Positions 37,232 through 46,668 of a DNA stretch of 46,668 bases are shown here, piece by piece; within the stretch, counting starts at the first letter, position 1, and every line of letters starts with the position of its first letter. The DNA lies in contig NW_021834669.1 in the NCBI RefSeq assembly GCF_006345805.1, forward strand, positions 1 to 46,668. Reading direction: 5' to 3'. The notes beneath the pieces were generated by a model, which did no database searches, was not told the DNA's origin, and saw nothing but the letters and a program-made list of their open reading frames with translations. The stretch comes from Octopus sinensis (lineage: Eukaryota). Position numbers and translations under genes: made by a program.

Positions 37232-37899
37232 ATGGTCCTCTGGAGGACCATGATGGTCCTCTGGAGGACACTTGTCCTAAGCCACTTTGACTACTGCTCT
37301 CAGTTATGGTCACCATCCAGTGTCAAGTTGATCACAGAGCTCGAGGCGATCCAACGTAGCTACACGAAGAAGATAGCCTCTATGCAGAATGTAAGCTACT
37401 GGGAAAGACTCAAGAGACTAAAACTATATTCCCTGGAGCGTAGGCGGGAAAGATATGCCATAATATACATCTGGAAGATCCTGGAGGGACGTGTCCTGAA
37501 CTTTGGCATCGAGAGTTACGCAGATGCCAGAACTGGGCGCCAATGCGTGGTGCCTAGGACTCCAAACTTGCCATCAAGATGTAGGACAAGATTCTGTGAT
37601 AGCCTGGGCTTCCGAGGCCCACAGCTCTTCAATATCCTCCCGAAGAACCTGAGAGACCTGCATGGGGGGTGGATGCAGATGTCTTTAAAATGAAGCTGGA
37701 TCTCTCCTGTCAGGTGTCCCAGATGAACCAACTTCACGGCAGGAGGGGCAGATGAGGGCAGCTGCATCGAACTCTCTCATGCACCAAATGGCAGTTGCTA
37801 GAAAGCTTTCGTGAAGTGAAACCAAGTAGCAACACCAAATGGCGGTGCCCCAGCATGGCCACAGCTCATAAGCTGAAACTAGAATCAATCAATCAATCA

Positions 37900-37902
<3 letters not shown>
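37232..37902 (+). mobile_element. 5'-truncated CR1/L2-group LINE, a subfamily related to 23590-27528
   Basis: VLWRTLVLSHFDYCSQLWSP..LEAIQRSYTKKIASMQNVSYWERLKRLKLYSLERRRERYAIIYIWKILEG..GFRGPQLFNILP, VPDEPTSRQE..RAAASNSL; (AATC)n tail. Confidence 0.93.
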
Positions 37903-37993
<91 letters not shown>

Positions 37994-38159
37994 ATATATG
38001 TATATATGTATGGATGTGTATGTATGTATATGTATGTATATGTATGTTTATATTTATATGGTGTAGTGTGACTGTGTGTCTGTATCATATGTGTGCGTTT
38101 GTGTGTAATTTCAAAGTAAATGTAGCTTTCCACTAGTAACAATACAGTTCCTTAATCAC

Positions 38160-38390
38160 TTACACTAAACCTCATTTCCAAACTCTATCCACAACCCTTG
38201 TCAGTAACCATAAACTTCAACTCCAAGCTCTAACCCTGAACCCAACACTACCACTAACTCTGAACTCTAAACTCTAACTTGATTAACTAACTGTAATCCC
38301 AAATCCTATATCCTAACTCCAAATCTAAATTACTGATCCTAATCTTAAACCTAACCCTGTACCTCACATCTAAACCAGTCCTTAAACAAA
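38160..38390. repeat. Highly degenerate (CCTAAC)-like hexamer tract
   Basis: ctctaaccctgaaccc, ctaactctgaactctaaactctaac, cctaactcc, cttaaacctaaccct. Confidence 0.5.
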
Positions 38391-39129
38391 CATCAACTTT
38401 GTACAAATCAAAAATTGTACCATATTTTATTGAATATTACTGCAAAGTAAATCCTGTGGGCTTCCCACCTTTCTCTAAATATTGCATTCCACGCAGATGG
38501 AACGGAAGAAACCTATTATAACGAGTCATCTCATAAATATTCATATGATTTATAAATCATTAAAGTTACAATATTAAGTCTATACTGTAAAAGAATAGAA
38601 AGAAGAAGCTAACGTTTTATATATGATATGAAGAACACATACCTGTACTTATCATAGTGTAAATCTTCGAAATGATTTGTTTCCAGAACTGTATCTCTCA
38701 TCAGGTGGCATAGAAATAATAAAATTCCATTTTGACTATAAGAGTAAATTTTGCATGGGTCAGACATAAAACTGTAATAAGAACATAGAGTGATGTGGTT
38801 GTTGTTAGTAATGGTGGTAGTTATGGTAGTGGTTGTGGTGGTGGTGATGGTGGCATCGTTTAAGAAGACTAATATCTTAAGAGAGCCACAGCCTAGATAA
38901 AAATTGCTCAGGTATCTTGTAACCTTTACTTCGCATACTCTACCTCCAAATATAGTTTCAGCTTTCAATTAGAGCTGAATTAATCAATTTTTGATGTTAA
39001 TCCCACTGGAAGACCACAAACTTTACCAAATCCCTTCTGTTCCCTCTCTCACGGTACAAGGTCTGATGGATAGCTTCCAGCATCTTTTGTTACGCTTAGT
39101 AGTTATGTTTAGTATACTAGTTGACTTTT

Positions 39130-39328
39130 TATCTTTCTCTTGTTTCATTCGTTGGTCTGCAGCGATGCTGGGGCAGCCCTTGAAAGGTTTAGCCGAACAA
39201 ATCGGATCCAGTACTTAAAAAAAGAGAAAACTTCTGGAACTTATTTTATCGGTTCCGTTTCTCCAACTGTTAAATGACGAGGACGTAAGCAAATCAGCCC
39301 CGGTTGTTATGTGGAGAGGGGAAGAGAT

Positions 39329-39377
<49 letters not shown>

Positions 39378-39530
39378 CTACTAGCTTCCACATGTTACTC
39401 GCAAATTCACTTGCACATCATTGAAAGGCCCGTGGGTCTTATTGCCAACACTTGCCCACGATGCTGCGCAGTAGGGCTAAACTCGAAACGAATAGGTCAC
39501 AAAGCTATCTTCTTGACAACGCATCCATGT
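39130..39530 (-). mobile_element. Diverged SINE family A copy
   Basis: Reverse-strand tail ttgtttcatt..ctgcagcgatgctggggcagcc, internal (CA)n, and head region acacttgcccacgatgctgcgcagtagg. Confidence 0.7.
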
Positions 39531-39556
39531 TTGGAATAATATATATATTATATATT

Positions 39557-39605
<49 letters not shown>

Positions 39606-39621
39606 CATGCATACATATATA

Positions 39622-39652
<31 letters not shown>

Positions 39653-39814
39653 TGTATGTATGTATGTATGTATGTATGTATATTAATATATATGTATGTA
39701 TAATATGTATGTATTATATATTATATGTATGTATATATATATGTATATATATATATAATATAGTATGTCTATATATATTATATATATCTATATATATATA
39801 TAATATATTATATA

Positions 39815-39854
<40 letters not shown>

Positions 39855-39879
39855 ATATATATATAGATATATATATATA

Positions 39880-40490
39880 TATATAACAAAGTGGAGTTGT
39901 AGGGTACCGCACGAGTGGAATTATATACGAAAGAAGGTTTGAAAATGCAATTTAAAAGATGTTTATTTACTTTACCGGTTTCACTCTTTGGGAAAAGATT
40001 GTCAAAAGTAACATGTGGAAGTTTGGTTGCGTTAATTATTGGTTGTTGCAAATTGCTACATTAAATATATACAGTCTTTGGTAACAAGGACGTGTTAAGG
40101 ACATAAAAAAGTTTAACAAGTTCCTTAAAATATTGGGCACAAAAGATTACAACATAAATGATCATTCTCAAGAACATGCTTAAGATAGTTTCCAGAAGGA
40201 TTTATTAAAAAGTTCAGTGGGATATTGGTATTGGTATTGTATATGTATATTCAAACACGCACAGAATATTGGTTGACACAGAGTACTACAATACATATAT
40301 ATACATTCTTTGGTGACAAGAGGATGTTAAGAACATAAAAAAGTTTAACATGTTCATTGAAATATTGGGCACAAAAGATTACAACAAATATATTATACAT
40401 TCTCAAGATAATTTCCAGAAGGAATTATTAAAAAGTTCAGTAGAATATTGGTATACACGCACAGAATATTATGAGTTCAAAAAGGCTTAC
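39880..40490 (-). mobile_element. Hammerhead-bearing dispersed repeat, copy 2 (homolog of 4290-4700)
   Basis: Shared blocks with 4290-4700, internal duplication of ~240 bp period, (TA)n flank. Confidence 0.65.
39967..40011 (-). ncRNA. Minimal type I hammerhead ribozyme-like motif, U3-A8 variant
   Basis: Minus strand reads TTACTT-TTGACAA-t(CTTTT ccca AAGAG)t-GAAAC-CG-GT-A-AAGTAA. Perfect 6-bp stem I, 5-bp stem II with a basal U-U mismatch, GUA triplet. Confidence 0.6.
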
Positions 40491-40559
40491 ATTATAATAG
40501 TAGGGAAGCTAAAACTGACCAGTCCACCATGTTAACGTAAAAGAATATTCTTTTACGTT

Positions 40560-41225
40560 TTTTTTCCTATCAAAAAGTTATCCAAATTCTGGAAGAAGTG
40601 GTAGTCAGTGGGAGCAAGATCATGTGTGTATGGTGGCTGATGGAGAACTTCCCGCTCTAAATCCTGTAGTTTCGCCAATGTCATTTTTGCGTTATGTGGT
40701 CTGGCGTTGTCTTGTAATAAAATAAGAGTGGATCTGTTGACTAATCTTGACTGGGGTTTTTTTGGTTGTTTTTTGTAAGTTTCTGCATCATTTGGTCCAG
40801 TTGGCCGCAGTATACTTTCGTCGTGATTGATGAGCCAGGTTTAATAAAATCCTAATGGATCAGACCCGCGCAAGAACACTAAACACAGCATCGACTACTG
40901 ATGAATTTTGCTTTTTGAACTGTGTTTTGGTGGCTCGTCTTTGTCCAACCATTGTGTTGAACGTTTACGGTTGTTGCCTTGGATCTCTTTCTCGTCACAT
41001 ATTACAATTCGATTCAAAATGATTCATTTTTAGGACGAGAAAGTAGCATAATGCAGTCTTCCAAACGCTGCTCTTTCTGGAACCCATTTATCTAACTTTT
41101 TCCCTTCAGCGATTTGAACCAGGTGAGTCAATATTGTTTGCTTGCTAACACCAAACAACAACGATAATTCACGGACATTTTGAGGTGGATCTGACTCAAC
41201 GGTGGTGATACTGTCTGCTGTGTAA
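40560..41225 (-). mobile_element. Degenerate mariner transposase fragment
   Basis: Minus strand gives TVESDPPQNVRELSLLFGVSKQTILTHL, KKLDKWVPE, LNRIVICDEK..NNRKRSTQWLDKDEPPK and LLQDNARPHNAKMTLAKLQDL..PYTHDLAPTDYHFFQNLDNFL (DD34D motifs). No TIR located. Confidence 0.9.
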
Positions 41226-41630
41226 TAACATTAGAATGAAATACTCTATTAATATTCCGAGGTGTCTGTGAGGCTGTATTTCCAAAAAAAGAACTCATAT
41301 TTCAAAACTCTACGAATTTCCGACTTATCCATCTCTAAACAAAAACAGCAAAAAACGATTTATAAATACTTTATAAAGTGCAAAATGAGTTAGAATAAAG
41401 AAATAGATGTGTCAGCTTTCTAGAAAAAAATAAAGATTATCAAAATATAATAATGGTGCAAAATGAGCAGCTGTCAAAGGTTACCATATACCTTACTACA
41501 AATTACATACTTGACGACCTAATACTATGGTTGATTCGTTCGACAAGCATGATATTTCAAAGCGATGCCTCAGCATGGTTGCAGTCTAGGGAAATGAAAC
41601 AAGAAAAAGATAAAAGGCATATATGTACAT

Positions 41631-43263
<1,633 letters not shown>

Positions 43264-44631
43264 AGCGACCTTTAATTGGTGCAAACTATTGACATAACAC
43301 CAGTGCGTCGATCAGCTCTTAATTTTGAGGCATATTGTACCTCTCACTCAAATGTCTTGCCTTGTATCAGTGTTAGAACCGATAACAGAACGTTGAACAT
43401 TGATTGGTAGGATCGTCAGAGCATCTTCTGGTTCCTTGATCACAAGCGTGTCTTTCATATCTTCGGGATCCGTTAATTAAAGTACTTGTAATATAGGGAA
43501 TTCGTTGTAATTAAGGATGAAGGCACCACAAAATACCAGCCCATATATCTATCTTGGAAGCTATTCAATATTTTAACAGCCACTTATACAAAATTATCGC
43601 CATTCTACTGACCTAAACAAGGTGTAAATGTCTATTTCACAGGAAGAGAGAGAGAAAGAGGGAGGGGAGAGAGAGAGGAACGGTGGGGCACGTAGTTTCC
43701 ATCTACTAAATGAAGAACACTGACCCCCAACTAGAAGATAAATGCCAAATTTGGCTTAAAGTTAGACTGATCCCTTAACTGCATGGTTTTAAAACTGACG
43801 TCTTCAAGTACACAGTCACGTCTATGCATATGTGTGGTGTGTGTGTGTGTTGTGTGTGTGTGTGCGCGCGCCTCTGTATATTCCCGCGATTGGTTTATAT
43901 TGACTGAAACAATTATTAGATAATACAGTTCCTAATGTGAGGGACATAACTCTTCAAGACATCTCGGCATTTGTAAGAGTTGTCTCCCTTGTAGACTTCA
44001 TCAGCATTTGTTCATTGTAATTGGATCATGTTTACGGAAACTGTTTTCAATGCAACTATTTCAATATCATTTACTGAAAACATTATATATGAAATAAATA
44101 AGCGCATGCGCACATATTCACACATACACTGACACGCGCACACATACACGCACACACACACACACACGTACATACTCATGCGTAAACACATATATTCACA
44201 GGAATCTGCAAATTCCAACTCTGCTTCCGCTAGAGACTCCATATACTCCACCAGCCTGCAGTATTCATCACCAGAGGGAATGAACTAACTTATTGTTGTC
44301 GCTAAATCTATACCCTCTTAATGAATTCCAAACCAGTGGTGCCCCACAGTCTAGATATGGCTGCTCTGTGCTCGATGGCACAGTAATTATTCACTACTGT
44401 CCCATCCATGCTGACTATTCACCGTAATATCACCAAATCTAGTTATTCCCATGGAAAGGCTGTTGTCATTATACTTGCTACTATACTGCTCTCTATTTCT
44501 TTTTCCAATTGCCCCGCCCCCCTTTTTTTCCAACCAAACCAAGGACGGTGCTCCATATACAACCTTGGTGATTTTCCAAAACTGACCACGTTCTCTTTGA
44601 ATTTCATTCTTGACCTTTTCTCCTTTTCCAG

Positions 44632-44747
44632 ATTTGATTATCAGTTCTTTATTCATTGCTTTTACTTTTCTATGCCGTGCCAGGTATGCCATCACTACCG
44701 ATGTGGACACGCTCTGAAGCTGCCCCACTTGCAGAAATTCCTTGACG
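44632..44747 (+). other. Candidate internal exon of an unidentified host gene (116 nt)
   Basis: Branch-like cttgacc, polypyrimidine tract ttttctccttttccAG, and donor ACG|GTGAGT. Stop-free frame FDYQFFIHCFYFSMPCQVCHHYRCGHALKLPHLQKFLD. No homolog recognised. Confidence 0.4.
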
Positions 44748-45089
44748 GTGAGTAGCTGTGACAGCCGTTTCTAATACATGCATTTTTATAAACCGTCCTT
44801 TTGGTGGAGATGAAGTTCTCTGTGATGAAAAGACCAAAATTTTGGAGTCTAACATCTGGAATGTCGACTGATAGATGTCGCTCACCGACATCTACCAGTT
44901 GGTTAATACGCTCAGTCTAACACCCGCTTTACCAATATATAGAGGACATATGTAGATAAGAGAGGTAACTCATCACTATTTCTTTCTATAAAGGGTAATT
45001 CTCGGTGACGTCGAAGAGACAAGGACAAATTGGGTGACGTGTTCCTCAGGACTTCCATGCTGGGGACTGCCATGGATAATTTTCAAAAC

Positions 45090-45690
45090 TCCTTAACCTG
45101 CCAATTCTCCCCAGAGACTCAAAGGGTTCGAGATAAACTCTAGATATTCTGCGAGAAAAGAGTTTCAAAATACACGTAAAGGGACGAAACAGTGGTACAC
45201 ACGCTCGTCTGTTGTGTGAGCATTGCCGATTTGTAGAGTCATATCAAACGGCTGTCGCTGATATAGAACGAATCCAGCTATGGACCAAGTCTATCGTGGG
45301 AATCGCCTCAGCATTCTCTTTTAATAATGGTTGGGCAGGATGTGTTTCTCTATCTGATGGCTGTAGCAAACGAGGTTGTGCGGTGGGCGAAATCGATAGG
45401 ATTGAAGGCATACAATTACTTCACGGATCAAGCTCTCGTCAACCTTTCCCATTGCTCTTGGGAAGAACAATTAGTGCAGAGTTTTAAGTGTTATCTTACA
45501 GTTAATATTACAAAAGGTGGACGACTGTGACAAAAATGGGTAGGCGGGATGGAACCATTCTGAGTATGCTCCTGTCATTTGGAGAACAATGAGTAGGGGC
45601 AGGCTTGCACACTTTGTAGTCAAGGATTTCCTTGATTATTGGGCTTCCTTCATTTTTCGAGAAGGTTCTCAAGAAACCTGCATCATACAT
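45090..45690 (+). pseudogene. Possible decayed piggyBac-like transposase fragment
   Basis: Across frameshifts: DILRE, IASAFSF, EVVRWAKSIG, SWEE..FK and W..EYAPVIWRTMSRGR. These appear in the same order as the piggyBac N-terminal motifs NILR / SAF.LF / WTN.EG / W.E..E...F / W....GRPIF...MSR.RF. The similarity is weak and judged by eye. Confidence 0.45.
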
Positions 45691-45914
45691 GTATTCACCT
45701 ATTTGATATACTAGGAATACATTTTTTTGTTCTTTCTCGCCACAACCGCACGTTTTAGTCTTTTTTTCTCCTGACCCAAGACACGACACAAATTTTGTAA
45801 TGACCTTCTCTTCTGACTCCTCTGTGGGGAAATAAAAGAAATCTTCATCATCATCATTATCATCACTACCACCATCATTCTCTTCCTCCTGATCATCATC
45901 GTCATCATCATTGA

Positions 45915-46135
45915 GTGTAAGAGCAGCAAACCATCAAAGTGACACTGGGGCACAGATATACGAAGCCCAATATGCCCATCATGACTTCCCGTCTGATAAG
46001 GATATACGAGGCGCATACATCACATTCATATGTGCGCGACATGGTGATCTCATATCAAGATAAGTAGCACAGGACCTTGCAGGTGGGGCCCAATCAGAAT
46101 TTTCGTCAGGTCGAGTAGCCCATCCTGCTCAGGTC
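45915..46135 (-). repeat. Family C repeat, second copy, adjacent to an (ATC)n tract
   Basis: Homology to 7198-7520. Confidence 0.75.
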
Positions 46136-46139
46136 CTTT

Positions 46140-46660
46140 CTACTATAAGCACAAGGCCTGGACTTTCTATGTAGCTGGGTAGTCGATCACATCGACCCCA
46201 GTAATTGACTGATGCCTATTTCATTGACCCCAAAGTTGTAAAACGTAAAGTCGATCTCGGCGGAATTTGAACTTATGAAAAGCATCTTATCCAACGTGCT
46301 AACCATTTTGTCAGAATGCCACATATAACAATAACAAATCCTTTCTGCTATGAGCACAAAGCCTAATATTATCGACCCCGAAAGGACGAAAGGCAAAGTC
46401 GACCTAAGCGGAATTTGAACTCGGTCTGCCGCTACGTTCTGTTGTTGTTGTTGTTGTTATTCGGAGTTTGGCAGAAACGTTAGCACGCCGGACAAAATGC
46501 TTAGCGGTTTTTCGTTCATTTGTACGTACTGAGTTCAAATTCCACCACGGTCGACTTTGCCCTTCATCATTTCAGAGTTAATAAAATAGGTACCAGTCAT
46601 GCACTAGGGTCGAAAGTATCAACTAACCTCTCCTCCGAAATTGCTGACCTTGGCCCAATA
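46140..46660. mobile_element. Stack of SINE family B segments: two minus-strand pieces, then a plus-strand copy after a (TTG)n
   Basis: aaagtcga.ct..gcggaatttgaact at ~46245 and ~46395; plus copy ggcagaaacgttagcacgccggacaaaatgcttagcgg..gagttcaaattcc..ggtcgactttgc from ~46468. Confidence 0.8.
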
Positions 46661-46668
46661 TATATATA

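Noticed and set aside
38160-38390. Interstitial telomere
   Set aside because: Too degenerate, with almost no exact TAACCC runs. Kept only as a low-complexity hexamer tract.
43340-43480. Minus-strand short frame DPEDMKDTLVIKEPEDALTILPINVQRSVIGSNTDTRQDI*
   Set aside because: About 40 codons with no splice acceptor and no recognisable family.
44201-44288. Possible exon ESANSNSASARDSIYSTSLQYSSPEGMN*
   Set aside because: Weak acceptor with no polypyrimidine tract, and no recognisable homology.
44712-44740. In-frame TGA before SCPTC as possible selenocysteine
   Set aside because: It matches no selenoprotein motif I recognise, no SECIS can be assessed, and an alternative stop-free frame exists.

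Overview
AT-rich, microsatellite-dense eukaryotic DNA, either intergenic or intronic. The SINE families resemble those I recall from Octopus genomes, so a coleoid cephalopod origin is inferred, not proven. There is no intact host gene; one 116-bp candidate exon lies at 44632-44747. Most entries in the ORF track are translations of (TA)n/(CA)n/(TACA)n tracts. The window is a transposon graveyard. It holds a nearly full-length but frameshifted CR1/L2-group LINE (CCCH-finger ORF1, APE-RT ORF2) plus a 3' fragment of a relative, five fragments of restriction-like-endonuclease (R4/Dong-type) LINEs sitting in specific microsatellites, an RTE fragment, two mariner remnants (one with perfect 30-bp TIRs), a hAT MITE, Helitron pieces, a weak piggyBac remnant, foldback elements and many tRNA-derived SINEs. 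The most notable observations are: (1) three minus-strand minimal hammerhead-ribozyme motifs that all carry the compensatory U3-A8 core (UUGANAA) and a palindromic ACCGGU stem III; (2) a two-hairpin 3' terminal signal shared, with compensatory changes, by the LINE and the dominant SINE; (3) apparent microsatellite-specific targeting by different element families.
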